Below, one piece after another: positions 1 to 9,629 of a stretch of DNA of 32,905 nucleotides (within the stretch, counting starts at the first letter, position 1; every line of letters begins with the position of its first letter). The translations under genes and the position numbers were made by a program. This DNA is from an uncultured Gemmatimonadaceae bacterium (GTDB lineage: Bacteria > Gemmatimonadota > Gemmatimonadetes > Gemmatimonadales > GWC2-71-9): positions 1 through 32,905 of the forward strand of contig CAYWNR010000002.1 of NCBI GenBank assembly GCA_964459705.1, given 5' to 3'. Below the pieces are notes generated by a model. That model was not told the DNA's origin. It saw only the letters and a program-made list of their open reading frames with translations, and searched no databases.

Positions 1-2720
1 CGGCGCGCGAGCGCGGATACCTTTCCGCCCTGCTCGCGTCGGCACCCTCGGCGATTGCGACGGTGGATGGAGCCGGCATCGTCAAGGACATCAATCCCGC
101 GTTCACGCAGCTCTTCGGGTACAGCGTGGAAGAAGCGCTGGGGAGGCAGCTGGACGATCTCGTGGTGCCGCCCGAAGCGATGGCGGAAGCCAAGGTGCTC
201 GAAAGCCGCGCGCTCGGAGGTGCCGGCACGGTCGCCGCGGAGGTGGATCGGCGACGCAAGGACGGGACGACCGTACCGGTGCGGGTGTCGGCTGCCCTCG
301 TGCGCGGGATCAAGGACGTCACGCTCTTCGTGCTGTACGACGATGTCACCGCCACGCGGCGCGCGCAGGTAGCCCTGCGCGAGGCGGAACGCCAGTACCG
401 GGAGATGGTGGAGTCGGCGTCCGATCTGGTGTGGCAGGTGGATCCGGAAGGGCGCTGGGTGTTCCTCAATGCCGCGGCCCGGACCATCTACGGCGCCGAT
501 CCGGAGCAGCTAATCGGCCGGCCGTTTGCGGACCAGGTGGAGCCGGAGTACCGAGAGCGCGACGTCGCCCGCATCGGGCACGTGCTGCGGGGCGAGGAGC
601 TGTCGGACTACGAGACGATCCACGTCGACGTGAACGGCGTGCGGCGCCATCTCTCGTTCGCGGCCCGTCCCATGCGTAGCGTGCATGGGAACGTCCTGGG
701 GGCGCATGGTACGGCGCGGGATGTCACGGAGCGCGCCCAGGCACGCGAGGCGCTCGTCGAAGCCCGTGAGGCGGCGGAACGCGTTGCGCAGTTGCGCAGC
801 GCGTTCGTCGCCAATATGAGCCACGAGCTCCGGACGCCGCTGCACGGCATCCTCGGCCTGGTGGATCTCCTCCTCGACAGTGATCTGACGCCCGATCAGC
901 GCCGTTCCGCGGAGCTTGTCCACAACTCCGGCGAGGCCCTGCTCCGCATCATCGATGACATCCTGGATTTCTCGAAGATCGAGGCCGGGCGCCTGGAGCT
1001 GGAGGCGATTCCGTTCGACCTCAACGGGCTCGTGGAGTCGACCGCACGGCTCCTTGCCGTGAAGGCCGCGTCCCGCGGGATCGAGGTGCTGGTGGATTCG
1101 GCGGCCGACCTCCCGCGCACGGTCGTCGGCGATGCCGGTCGCCTGCGGCAGGTGCTGACGAACCTGATGGGCAACGCGATCAAGTTCACGAACGAGGGCG
1201 AGATCGTGATCACGGTTACGCGCGTGGGAGGCACCGAGGCGCTCCCCGAATTGCGCTTCGCGGTCCGCGACACGGGCATCGGCATCCCTCCGGACCGTCT
1301 CGAAGCCATCTTCGAGGAGTTCACGCAGGCGGACGTCTCGACGAGCCGGACCTACGGCGGTACCGGTCTCGGGCTGGCCGTGTCACAGCGCCTCGTTGGC
1401 ATGATGCAGGGGCGACTGGCCGTAAGCAGCGAGCTGGGGAAGGGCAGCGAGTTCAGTTTCGTCGTGCCACTCGCGGTGAAGGAGGTCGAGACTTCAGCCC
1501 CGTCCGCCGGACCGCTCCCTACCCTCCCTCCTGGGCGAAACGTGCTCGTCGTCGACGACAGTGCCTCCAATCGCCGCATCGTGCGCGAAATGCTCCGCTT
1601 TGCGGGGATGCGCGTGGACGAAGCGGATGGGGCCGCGACCGCGCTCGAGCGCCTACGCGCCGCCGCGGCGGACGGGAAACCGCACGATGTGATGGTGTTC
1701 GATGGGCATATGCCGGGGGAGGATGGGTTTGCCCTCGCCGCTAGGGTCCGCGCCGACCCGGTGCTCGCCGATACGCACATGATCTTGCTGACGTCGGCAG
1801 CGCAACGTGGCGACGGACAGAAGTGTCGCGATCTGGGCATCGACGGATACCTCACCAAGCCCGTCGCGCGCGTGGAGCTGTTGGAGGCGGTGAGCGCCGT
1901 GCTCGGCGGAGTGACGGCGAAACAGCCCGATCCGCTGGTGACCCGGTACTCCATGCAGGAAAATCGCCGCCGGCTCCGTGTGCTGGTGGCGGAGGACAAC
2001 CTCGTCAATCAGCACGTGGTGGCGGCGCTGCTCAGGCGCCGGGGGCATGACGTCGAGATGGTCGAGAATGGGAGGCTGGCCTTCGAGGCCGTCCGCGACA
2101 AGAAGTTCGACGTGGTGTTGATGGACGTGCAGATGCCGGAAATGGATGGCTGGACGGCCACCCGAAAGATCAAGGACTTGCCCGGGCGGGCGGATCTCCC
2201 CATCGTGGCGGCCACGGCGCATGCCCTTCCCGAGGACCGGGAACGGTGCCTGGCCGTTGGGATGGTTGGTTGCGTGGTGAAGCCGTTCCGGCCGCACGAG
2301 CTCTTCGCGGTGCTGGAAGGATGGGGTGGGCCCGCGGAGGCGCCGGAGGAACGCGACGACCAGCCCGTGGTGGACCTCGCCGCCGTGCGCCAGGCAATGC
2401 GAGAGGCCGGAGCCGAGGACATCGTGGACGACCTCGTCCGGACCTTCCTGGATGACGCCCCGAACCGCCTCACGGCGATCGACGGCGCGGTGGCGGCCGG
2501 CGACGTTCCCGAGGTGGGCAGGGCGGCGCACTCTTACAAGTCCGCCGCGGGCGCCATTGGCGCTCGGCGGCTCGCGGAGGCGTTGCGCGCTCTCGAGATG
2601 GCGGGCAAGGAAGGGAACGCGGCGGCCATCACGCCCCTGGTGGCCGACGTCCGGAGCGCTCACGACGCGGTGCTCGCATACCTGACGCCCGAGATGGAGC
2701 ACGCGAAACATGCTGAGTGA
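1..2720 (+). CDS. Hybrid sensor histidine kinase (PAS-PAS-HisKA-HATPase_c-REC-REC-Hpt), 5' end cut by the window edge
   Basis: The frame is open from nt 3 (ARERGYLSALLASAPSAIATVDGAG...), so the listed start at 63 is internal. H-box SHELRTPLHGILG. N-box NLMGNAIKFT. G-boxes DTGIGI and GGTGLGLAVS. Two receivers: VLVVDDSASN..FDGHMPGEDG..LTKPV and VLVAEDNLVN..MDVQMPEMDG..VVKPF. C-terminal Hpt motif HSYKSAAGAIGA. Confidence 0.9.
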   Translation, partial: ARERGYLSALLASAPSAIATVDGAGIVKDINPAFTQLFGYSVEEALGRQLDDLVVPPEAMAEAKVLESRALGGAGTVAAEVDRRRKDGTTVPVRVSAALVRGIKDVTLFVLYDDVTATRRAQVALREAERQYREMVESASDLVWQVDPEGRWVFLNAAARTIYGADPEQLIGRPFADQVEPEYRERDVARIGHVLRGEELSDYETIHVDVNGVRRHLSFAARPMRSVHGNVLGAHGTARDVTERAQAREALVEAREAAERVAQLRSAFVANMSHELRTPLHGILGLVDLLLDSDLTPDQRRSAELVHNSGEALLRIIDDILDFSKIEAGRLELEAIPFDLNGLVESTARLLAVKAASRGIEVLVDSAADLPRTVVGDAGRLRQVLTNLMGNAIKFTNEGEIVITVTRVGGTEALPELRFAVRDTGIGIPPDRLEAIFEEFTQADVSTSRTYGGTGLGLAVSQRLVGMMQGRLAVSSELGKGSEFSFVVPLAVKEVETSAPSAGPLPTLPPGRNVLVVDDSASNRRIVREMLRFAGMRVDEADGAATALERLRAAAADGKPHDVMVFDGHMPGEDGFALAARVRADPVLADTHMILLTSAAQRGDGQKCRDLGIDGYLTKPVARVELLEAVSAVLGGVTAKQPDPLVTRYSMQENRRRLRVLVAEDNLVNQHVVAALLRRRGHDVEMVENGRLAFEAVRDKKFDVVLMDVQMPEMDGWTATRKIKDLPGRADLPIVAATAHALPEDRERCLAVGMVGCVVKPFRPHELFAVLEGWGGPAEAPEERDDQPVVDLAAVRQAMREAGAEDIVDDLVRTFLDDAPNRLTAIDGAVAAGDVPEVGRAAHSYKSAAGAIGARRLAEALRALEMAGKEGNAAAITPLVADVRSAHDAVLAYLTPEMEHAKHAE

Positions 2721-4806
2721 AACGGGTCGCCTGCATTGGCTGGTGACGCTGGTCGAGCACCTCGGTCATCCGGCGAGCACGATGGGGGACGTCAGTGCCG
2801 ACCTGCCACTCGCGGACGCGTGGGCCGCCATCACCGAGAAGACGGGCGTGGTAGACGACGACCTCGTGCGGGCGGTGGCCGGGCACTTCCGGCTCGGGGT
2901 CGCGGACATGACGGACGCACAGGAGCGAGCGCTCAAGCTCCTTCCGGAGGCGGTTGCCAGGCGATACCGCGTGTTCCCCCTGCGCGAGACCGACCGCGAC
3001 CTGGTCGTGGCGACCGGAGACCCCACGGACTACGAGTTGGAGCAAGTGCTCGGGTTCGCGTCCGGGCGCCGGCCCGTGTTCGAGATCGCCGCGCCGGCCG
3101 CGATCATCAAGGCGATTGACGAGCACTACGCGCCCGACCGGATCGTCGAGGGTCTGCTTCAGGCCGTAGACGATACCCAGGTCGAGCGCGTAAACGTCGT
3201 GGACGAGCAGGTCGCGAAGGCGGTGGCTGCCACCGAGGCGGGCGCGGCACCGGTTGTGAAGCTGACCAACGTGATCCTCCGGTCGGCGGTCGAGCAGCGG
3301 GCCAGCGACATCCATATCGAACCGGGGCGGCATGGGGGCCACGTTCGGCTCCGCGTGGACGGCGTGCTTCGCGAGCACATGCCGCTCCCCATGCCCGCCC
3401 TCAATCGCGTCGTCTCACGGATCAAGATCATCGGCGGGTTGGATATTGCGGATCGGCTCCGCCCGCAAGACGGACGCACCCGCATTCGCATCCACGACCG
3501 GGTGTATGATTTGCGCATCTCGACCGTGCCGACCCGCGATTCCGAGAAGGCGGTCCTTCGCATTCTCGACCCGGAAGGGTCGCTCGGGCTCGACGACCTG
3601 CAACTGCCTCGGGACGAGCTGGCCCGGCTCCGCCGGCTGATCGGCTTCCGTGACGGGATCGTGCTCGTGACTGGGCCGACGGGTTCGGGCAAGACCACGA
3701 CCCTCTACGCGGCCCTGCGGGAGATCGCCACCGGCGAGGTCAACATCATGACCGTCGAGGACCCCGTCGAGTACGAGCTCGCGAGCATTACGCAGATCCA
3801 GGTGGAGACCAAGCGCGGCGTGACCTTCGCCAGCGCGTTGCGCGCCATCCTCCGCCAAGATCCCGATGTCATTCTAGTGGGCGAGATCCGCGATCTGGAG
3901 ACCGCCGAGATCGCGGTGCAGGCGGCGCTCACCGGGCACCTGGTGCTGGCGACGCTCCACGCGAACGACGCCACGGGCGCCGTCACCCGGCTCGTGGATC
4001 TCGGGGTGGACCGCGCCGTCATTGGTGATGCCTTGCGGGGCGCCCTGGCGCAACGGCTGGGGCGCCGTGTGTGTGCGCAATGCTCAGCGCCCGTGTCGCC
4101 GGACACGATCTCCGAACACGAAGCGTCGCTTGCCGAGAGCTACGGCGTCGCCCCGGTCGTGCGCGCGGTCGGGTGCCCCCAGTGTGGTGGCACCGGGTAC
4201 CGTGGCCGCGTGGCGATCATCGAGCTCATCGCCATGACCAAGGAGTTGCGTGGGCTGATCGCAAGCGGCGTCTCCGCGGCCGAGCTTCATCGCGCGGCCG
4301 TTGCGGCGGGTATGCGGCCGCTACAGGAAGCCGGCTTGGAGCGTGTACACGCGGGCATGACTACCCTCGAGGAGATCGAGCGGGTGCTGGGCGACGTGGT
4401 CGAAACGGCGCCGCTCGCGGGAGACATGCCCCGCGTGCTGCTCGTGGACGACGACGGCGTGATCCGTACCCTGGCGCGCGGGTTGCTCGAGAAGAACGAG
4501 TTCCAAGTCGCCGAGGCCCGTGACGGGCTCGCCGCACTGGAGCGCCTCGACGGCGCCGAACGGTTCGACCTCGTCGTCCTCGATTTGGAGATGCCGCGTC
4601 TGGACGGCCGGGAGACCCTGCGACGCATTCGCGGGAACGTAGTGACCGCGGCACTCCCGGTGATCGTGTTGACGGGATCCGAGGACGAATCCCTCGAGAT
4701 CGACTTGATGGAGGCAGGAGCCGACGACTACATCCGGAAGCCGCTGGACCCGGCACGTTTCCTGGCCCGCGTGAGAGGCGCATTGCGGCGGGCCGGCACC
4801 GCCTGA
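2710..4806 (+). CDS. GspE/PilB-family type II secretion / type IV pilus assembly ATPase with N-terminal T2SSE_N domain and a fused C-terminal response-regulator receiver domain
   Basis: Walker A GPTGSGKTTT. Asp/His box region (EDPVEY, LVGEIRD, TGHLVLATLHAND). Tetracysteine CAQC..CPQCGGTGYRGR. The last ~125 aa are a canonical REC (VLLVDDDG, VVLDLEMPRLDG, VIVLTGS, YIRKPL). The ATG at 2710 overlaps the kinase stop by 11 nt. An alternative ATG at 2782 (MGDVSADL) is possible. Confidence 0.9.
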   Translation: MLSETGRLHWLVTLVEHLGHPASTMGDVSADLPLADAWAAITEKTGVVDDDLVRAVAGHFRLGVADMTDAQERALKLLPEAVARRYRVFPLRETDRDLVVATGDPTDYELEQVLGFASGRRPVFEIAAPAAIIKAIDEHYAPDRIVEGLLQAVDDTQVERVNVVDEQVAKAVAATEAGAAPVVKLTNVILRSAVEQRASDIHIEPGRHGGHVRLRVDGVLREHMPLPMPALNRVVSRIKIIGGLDIADRLRPQDGRTRIRIHDRVYDLRISTVPTRDSEKAVLRILDPEGSLGLDDLQLPRDELARLRRLIGFRDGIVLVTGPTGSGKTTTLYAALREIATGEVNIMTVEDPVEYELASITQIQVETKRGVTFASALRAILRQDPDVILVGEIRDLETAEIAVQAALTGHLVLATLHANDATGAVTRLVDLGVDRAVIGDALRGALAQRLGRRVCAQCSAPVSPDTISEHEASLAESYGVAPVVRAVGCPQCGGTGYRGRVAIIELIAMTKELRGLIASGVSAAELHRAAVAAGMRPLQEAGLERVHAGMTTLEEIERVLGDVVETAPLAGDMPRVLLVDDDGVIRTLARGLLEKNEFQVAEARDGLAALERLDGAERFDLVVLDLEMPRLDGRETLRRIRGNVVTAALPVIVLTGSEDESLEIDLMEAGADDYIRKPLDPARFLARVRGALRRAGTA

Positions 4807-4825
4807 AAGGGAGGCCGACGAGCTC

Positions 4826-5305
4826 ATGACCGACCAAGTGATTCCCCCTGACGACGAGTCCGCAGCAAAGGACTACGTCGCCGATATCCTCAAGCAGGAC
4901 GCCGCCCAGCGAGCGTCCGCTCCCGTCCGCCCAGTTCCGCGCACACAGCTCGGCCGGTGGTTGGTCGTGCTCGCGCCGGTGTTCGTCGCGCTCACTGCCT
5001 GGAACGTGATCCGGCTGACCAGGTCGCCGGAGGTGGTAACCCAGGCGGAGGAGGCCGCCGCGACCCGCTTCTCGATCTACCTCGTGGCCCAAGAAATCGA
5101 GGCCTATCGGCGGGAGCACGGCGTGCTGCCGCCCTCCCTGGAGGAGATCAACGCGGACATCGAGGGAGTCACGTTCGCGCCGGTGGATACCGGCTACGTG
5201 CTGTCGGGGACGGTGGCGGGTGAGACCATCACGTACCGCTCGGGAGCCGACCTGACGCCGTTCTGGACTGCCTATGATGCCCTGCCGCAAGGAGGTGCCC
5301 GATGA
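4826..5305 (+). CDS. Hypothetical single-pass membrane protein (N-in, about 95 aa extracytoplasmic domain)
   Basis: A GGGAGG Shine-Dalgarno lies about 11 nt upstream of the ATG. There is one hydrophobic helix, LGRWLVVLAPVFVALTAWNVI. The stop overlaps the next start as ATGA. I recognise no family. The segment AYRREHGVLPPSLEEI resembles the y..G.yP..L motif of pseudopilins, but there is no prepilin leader. Confidence 0.6.
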   Translation: MTDQVIPPDDESAAKDYVADILKQDAAQRASAPVRPVPRTQLGRWLVVLAPVFVALTAWNVIRLTRSPEVVTQAEEAAATRFSIYLVAQEIEAYRREHGVLPPSLEEINADIEGVTFAPVDTGYVLSGTVAGETITYRSGADLTPFWTAYDALPQGGAR

Positions 5306-5754
5306 ACCGTCGCGGGTTCACCATGATCGAGTTGCTGGTGGTCCTTACCATCCTCGGTATCCTGGCCAACCTCGCGGTTCCCCTGGTTGGGCAGGCGAAA
5401 CGCAAAGCACAGGCGGTCCAAGTGCTCGCGGACCTACATGCCGTGACGGTCGCGGCCCACGATCAGTTCGCCGACAACGGCACCTACCCGTCCAATGGGA
5501 AGTGGGGTCAAGTCCCCGTCGAGTTCGAGGCGGCGTTGCCGGACGGGTTCCAATTCACACGCGACGGCATCGAATACCGCTGGCGCCGCTTCGGCCTGGC
5601 GAACGGGCTTCCCAAGAACAAGAAGCAAACGCAGATCCTCGGCTTGTCGGTGCGCGCGAAGAAGGACAAGCCGCTGATCGCGGCGGTGCAGGGGCTCTAT
5701 AAGGGCGAGTTAACGAGCATCTCGGCCACGAGCATCACCTTCGTGATTGACTAG
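5302..5754 (+). CDS. Prepilin-type N-terminal cleavage/methylation domain protein (type IV pilin / T2SS pseudopilin-like)
   Basis: The class III signal MNRRG|FTMIELLVVLTILGILANLAVP has the conserved Gly-1, Phe+1 and Glu+5. The ATGA overlap with the upstream ORF suggests translational coupling. Confidence 0.85.
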   Translation: MNRRGFTMIELLVVLTILGILANLAVPLVGQAKRKAQAVQVLADLHAVTVAAHDQFADNGTYPSNGKWGQVPVEFEAALPDGFQFTRDGIEYRWRRFGLANGLPKNKKQTQILGLSVRAKKDKPLIAAVQGLYKGELTSISATSITFVID

Positions 5755-5843
5755 CGCCGCTAAGCCGACGCCATACCGTCCCGGCGAGCGCCGCGCGCTG
5801 TCAGCTGAGCTGCCGCGCTACCGTCGGTCGTCCCCAATCGATA

Positions 5844-5901
5844 ACTGACCGTTGGTCAGTCCCATGCCGGACCGGAGCGCCATCTACATGACCAGAGGTC
5901 A
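5844..5901. repeat. Two copies of the palindrome TGACC-N3-GGTCA (ACTGACCgttGGTCAGT at 5844-5860; TGACCagaGGTCA at 5889-5901)
   Basis: Read directly from the sequence. The centres are about 43 bp apart in the convergent gap between the pilin gene and the CDF gene. The second copy abuts the CDF stop codon (TAA, 5903-5905). Confidence 0.5.
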
Positions 5902-5902
5902 G

Positions 5903-6835
5903 TTACTGGTCGATGTGGTTGCCGCCTGCGGAACGGCGGTCGAGCGGCTCATCGGCGAAGGACGCCGGGTCCTCGATCGGCTCGAGGTGCGTGAAGACCG
6001 TGCTGTCCGGCAGCGCTGAGCGCACATCGCCCTCAATTCGCTCCAAGAGATCATGGCCGCGCTGCACCGACCAGTCGCCCGGGACCAAGACATGGAAGCT
6101 GACGAACCGCCGCCGCCCGGCCTGCCGCGTGCGTAACGCGTGGTAGCGGGCGCCATCGGCGCTGTAGCGTTCCAGCACGGAGACGATGGCTCCGCGTGCG
6201 TCCCCGGGGAGCGCGGTGTCGAGCAGACCGAGCGCCGAGCCCCTGAGCAGCGAGATCCCCGTCGCGATAATGTGAACGGCCACCGCTATCGCGACGAGCG
6301 GGTCGAGGATGCGCCAGCCGGTCAGTCCGGCAAGGCCGACCCCGACGATCACGCCACCCGATGTCCAGACATCCGTCATCAAGTGCTTGGCGTCGGCGTC
6401 GAGCACGATGGAGCGATACCGGCGACCCGCTCGCACCAGCATCTGCGCGGTGACGAGATTGATCACCGCCGCGACCGCCGCCACGGCGAGTCCGAGGCCG
6501 GCCTGTTCCAGCGGCTGCGGTGAGAGGAGCCGGCGGGCGGCCGCGTAGGCGATGCCGCCGGCGGCGACGAGAATCAGCCCCCCCTCGAAACCGCTCGAGA
6601 AATACTCGACCTTCGTGTGTCCGTACGCATGGTCTTCGTCCGCAGGCTGCTCGGCGATCCAGAGTGCGAGCAGGGCAACCCCGGCGGCGAGCAGATTCAC
6701 GACACTCTCGAGCGCGTCGGACAGCAGGGCCACGGACCCGGTGAGCGCGTAGGCGCCCCCCTTGAGGCCGATCGTGAGCGTGGCGGCCAGGAGGGAAACG
6801 AGGGCATACCGTTCGAGCCGCGGAGCGTCCGTCAT
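5903..6835 (-). CDS. Cation diffusion facilitator (CDF) family divalent-metal efflux transporter
   Basis: Typical CDF core: [41 protein letters not shown], and a C-terminal cytoplasmic domain ([20 protein letters not shown]). I place the start at the ATG at 6835 ([10 protein letters not shown]). It forms an ATGA overlap with the upstream hexosaminidase stop. The longer ORF to 6874 would overlap that gene. Confidence 0.85.
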   Translation of the reverse strand: MTDAPRLERYALVSLLAATLTIGLKGGAYALTGSVALLSDALESVVNLLAAGVALLALWIAEQPADEDHAYGHTKVEYFSSGFEGGLILVAAGGIAYAAARRLLSPQPLEQAGLGLAVAAVAAVINLVTAQMLVRAGRRYRSIVLDADAKHLMTDVWTSGGVIVGVGLAGLTGWRILDPLVAIAVAVHIIATGISLLRGSALGLLDTALPGDARGAIVSVLERYSADGARYHALRTRQAGRRRFVSFHVLVPGDWSVQRGHDLLERIEGDVRSALPDSTVFTHLEPIEDPASFADEPLDRRSAGGNHIDQ

Positions 6836-9105
6836 CGGCGGCGGTACAGCCACTCCGCGGGGATGGGTCCCCATACGCCGTCCCGGAGCACACGCAGCTC
6901 GAGCCCGCGGTCGCCACCGCCCTGGAAGTACAGCACCTCGAACGTGTGGAGCCCGGTCGCGAGGGCGATACTACCGCGCCGCTCCAGCATCCCGTGCGGT
7001 CCGTCATTGTCGACCACGGTCTCACCGCCGATCTGCAGGACACCGCCGTCATCGGTGGCCAGCGCGAATTCGTACACGCCGTCGGCGGGCGCCAGCAGGT
7101 AGCCAGAAAACCGCACGCCGAACTGTTCGGGCCGCTCCTCGCCCGTCAGCTCGACGCCGGTGGCCGCGCCACGTCGGACCGGCGCGAACGACGGTACCTG
7201 GCTCGCCCGGCGGAGCCGTGCCTCATGGTAGCTGTAGGTCAGCCCCGGGGCGAGCGTTGCGCGGTCCACCCGCGCGGGCGGCTGGAGCGTGGCTCGCCGG
7301 AACCAGGCGCTCCGCACTGGACCCAATCGGGCGTTCGGGAGCACGAGGCGCGCCGTGACGCGGACGCCGCTGTCGCCAAGCCCGACCTGGAATGGGGTCT
7401 CATAGAGGCCCGCGGCATGCTCGGAGCCGGCGTCGAGGGCGTACAGGACGCGCGCCCGTGGAATCGGGGAACTGAGCGTCACGGTGACGGAGTCGCCAAG
7501 CACGAGCCGGTCCCCCTCGAGACCCGCGACATCGGGGATGCGGTAATTCACCCCCAAGCGATCGAGCTGCTCGAGCTGCGCCGGCAGACGACGCAGGAAG
7601 TCGGCGGAGTCCCGGCGCTCAGCCGGCGTCCAGGTGATCTCCGCGAGCGCGAGCATGCGCGGGAACGCCATGTACTCGACCTGCTCCGGAGACGTGATGT
7701 ACTCCGTCCAGACGTTCGCCTGGGCTCCGAGCACGTGATGGGCTTCCGCGTCGGACAACGCTTCCGGAACGGGTTCGAAGCCATAAACCCGTTCGACCGG
7801 AGTGAAGCCACCGATGGCGAGCGGCTCGGTCTCCTGCGGGCCCTGATAGTGATCGAAGTACAATTGGCTCCCCGGCGTCATGATCACATCGTGGCCCTGT
7901 TGCGCCGCCTCGATCCCGCCGGCCGTGCCCCGCCAGGACATGACCGTCGCCTCCGGAGCGAGCCCGCCCTCGAGAATTTCGTCCCACCCGATCAGTCGGC
8001 GATCGTGCGCGATGAGGAAGGCCTCGATGCGTCTGACGAAGTAGCTTTGCAGCTCCGCCTCGTCGCGCAAGCCCTCACGCTGAATGACCTCCTGCGCAAC
8101 CGGACTTTCCTTCCAGCGGGTTTTCGGGACCTCGTCGCCTCCGATGTGGATATAGCGCGACGGGAAGAGATCCATGACCTCCGTCAGCACGTCCTCGAGG
8201 AAGGCGAAGGTCCGCTCACTCGGGCAGTAGATGTCCTCGGTGACGCCCCACGTGGTCCACACGGCGAACGGACCGGGCGTGCAGGCCAGCTCCGGGTAGG
8301 CGGCGAGGGCGGCCACGGCGTGTCCGGGGAGCTCGATCTCGGGGATGACGGTCACGAAGCGTTGCTTCGCGTACGCAACGATCCGCCGGATGTCCGCCTG
8401 GGTGTAAAACCCGCCGTAGGGCTCGCCATCGCCTTCATACGGATTGAGCTGCTTGGCACGCACCGTCTCGCGCCGCCATGCCCCAACGGAGGTGAGCCGC
8501 GGGTACTTCTTGATCTCGATGCGCCATCCCTGGTCGTCGGTCAGGTGCCAGTGGAACGTGTTGAGCTTGTAGCGGGCGAGCAGGTCGATGTACCGCTCGA
8601 TGAACGCCACCGGAAACAGGTGGCGGCTGACGTCCAGATGCATCCCACGATACGGGAACCGGGGTGCGTCCTCGATCCGGACGCTGGGCACCCGGCCCGA
8701 CCCGCCGGGCGGCAGGAGTTGGCGCAGGGTCTGGAGGCCGTAGAAGATCCCCGCCGGGCTTCCTGTGACGGAGAGCACATTAGCGCCGGCCTCGAGGCGG
8801 TATCCTTCTGGGTGTATCGTGGCTCCGGAGTCGAGCACCAGCCGGAGCGTTGGCCGCGGACCGGTGCGCCCTGGGGGGAGGGCCGCGTTCGTCCCTTGGG
8901 ACAAGATGGCGGCCGCCAGGCTACCAAGCCGGCGGAGCCCGGTGTCGGTTGAGTCCGACAAGACCACAACCACCCCGGCGCCCGCCTCGAACGGCGGACC
9001 CGGCAGCCATCTTACGGCGACCGGCTGCGGGACCAGAGATGGCAATGCCGGCGGCGTGGAATCGCCGCCGGTCCAGGCGAGGAGGAGCAGTAGGCGGGTC
9101 AGCAT
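6832..9105 (-). CDS. Secreted GH20 beta-N-acetylhexosaminidase with C-terminal PA14 domain
   Basis: Signal peptide [16 protein letters not shown]20 catalytic region [33 protein letters not shown]. The C-terminal [40 protein letters not shown] is PA14-like. Confidence 0.9.
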   Translation of the reverse strand: MLTRLLLLLAWTGGDSTPPALPSLVPQPVAVRWLPGPPFEAGAGVVVVLSDSTDTGLRRLGSLAAAILSQGTNAALPPGRTGPRPTLRLVLDSGATIHPEGYRLEAGANVLSVTGSPAGIFYGLQTLRQLLPPGGSGRVPSVRIEDAPRFPYRGMHLDVSRHLFPVAFIERYIDLLARYKLNTFHWHLTDDQGWRIEIKKYPRLTSVGAWRRETVRAKQLNPYEGDGEPYGGFYTQADIRRIVAYAKQRFVTVIPEIELPGHAVAALAAYPELACTPGPFAVWTTWGVTEDIYCPSERTFAFLEDVLTEVMDLFPSRYIHIGGDEVPKTRWKESPVAQEVIQREGLRDEAELQSYFVRRIEAFLIAHDRRLIGWDEILEGGLAPEATVMSWRGTAGGIEAAQQGHDVIMTPGSQLYFDHYQGPQETEPLAIGGFTPVERVYGFEPVPEALSDAEAHHVLGAQANVWTEYITSPEQVEYMAFPRMLALAEITWTPAERRDSADFLRRLPAQLEQLDRLGVNYRIPDVAGLEGDRLVLGDSVTVTLSSPIPRARVLYALDAGSEHAAGLYETPFQVGLGDSGVRVTARLVLPNARLGPVRSAWFRRATLQPPARVDRATLAPGLTYSYHEARLRRASQVPSFAPVRRGAATGVELTGEERPEQFGVRFSGYLLAPADGVYEFALATDDGGVLQIGGETVVDNDGPHGMLERRGSIALATGLHTFEVLYFQGGGDRGLELRVLRDGVWGPIPAEWLYRRR

Positions 9106-9201
9106 GGCTAACGGTCCGCTACCGACGCCGGAGCGTCAACCCCTCCCCTCGCGATTTGCCGTAGGGACCATGTCGGGCGTATCGTTTCGGTAGGAGGGCG
9201 A

Positions 9202-9570
9202 ATGCGGCTCTATCACCGAACGAACATCGCCGAGGCGGTGGACATCAGCCGGACCGGATTCAAGGACGAACGGTGGTCGTTCGATGCGCGCGATCGGGAC
9301 GGTGACGATGTGAAGCGAACTGGGGTCTGGCTGACGGATCGACCCCTGAGTGAAGCCGAAGGTCCGCGTGGGGATGCGCAACTCGAGGTCGAGGTCGACC
9401 TCGGTGAGGAGACACTCGAGGCATTCGAGTTAGCCGATATATTCTGGGATGTGCGCTTGTTCGTCGTGCCGGCGGAAGTCCTGAATCCGCGAGCGCGGGT
9501 GCGCATTCTGGAGGTGGATCCCCGCACGTCGTGGTTTCACGACACGCGGCGGGCCGAAGAGCAAGGCTGA
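9202..9570 (+). CDS. Hypothetical protein (122 aa)
   Basis: A GGAGGG Shine-Dalgarno lies 5 nt upstream of the ATG. The composition looks coding-like. No family recognised. The N-terminus reads RLYHRTNIAEAVDISRTGF. Confidence 0.5.
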   Translation: MRLYHRTNIAEAVDISRTGFKDERWSFDARDRDGDDVKRTGVWLTDRPLSEAEGPRGDAQLEVEVDLGEETLEAFELADIFWDVRLFVVPAEVLNPRARVRILEVDPRTSWFHDTRRAEEQG

Positions 9571-9629
9571 AGGGCGGCGGATCGCCCCAACGATGTTCTG
9601 AGTCACGTACCATTTCCGGGTTCTGCGCT

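Noticed and set aside
2782-3150. MshEN-type c-di-GMP binding motif in the N-terminus of the secretion ATPase
   Set aside because: The region matches the general T2SSE_N pattern. I could not find the tandem RLGxx(L/I/V)(L/I/V)xxG(L/I/V)(L/I/V)xxxxLxxxLxxQ motifs, so no c-di-GMP claim is made.
5903-6874. Longer CDF ORF starting at 6874
   Set aside because: The extension overlaps the hexosaminidase 3' end. The ATG at 6835 gives a clean ATGA stop/start overlap and a normal CDF N-terminus.
6946-8952. 668-aa plus-strand ORF across the hexosaminidase locus
   Set aside because: It is exactly antisense to a minus-strand frame with clear GH20 motifs (HIGGDEV and others). The product is Arg/Gly/Pro/Ala-rich with no motifs. 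This is a typical shadow ORF of high-GC DNA.
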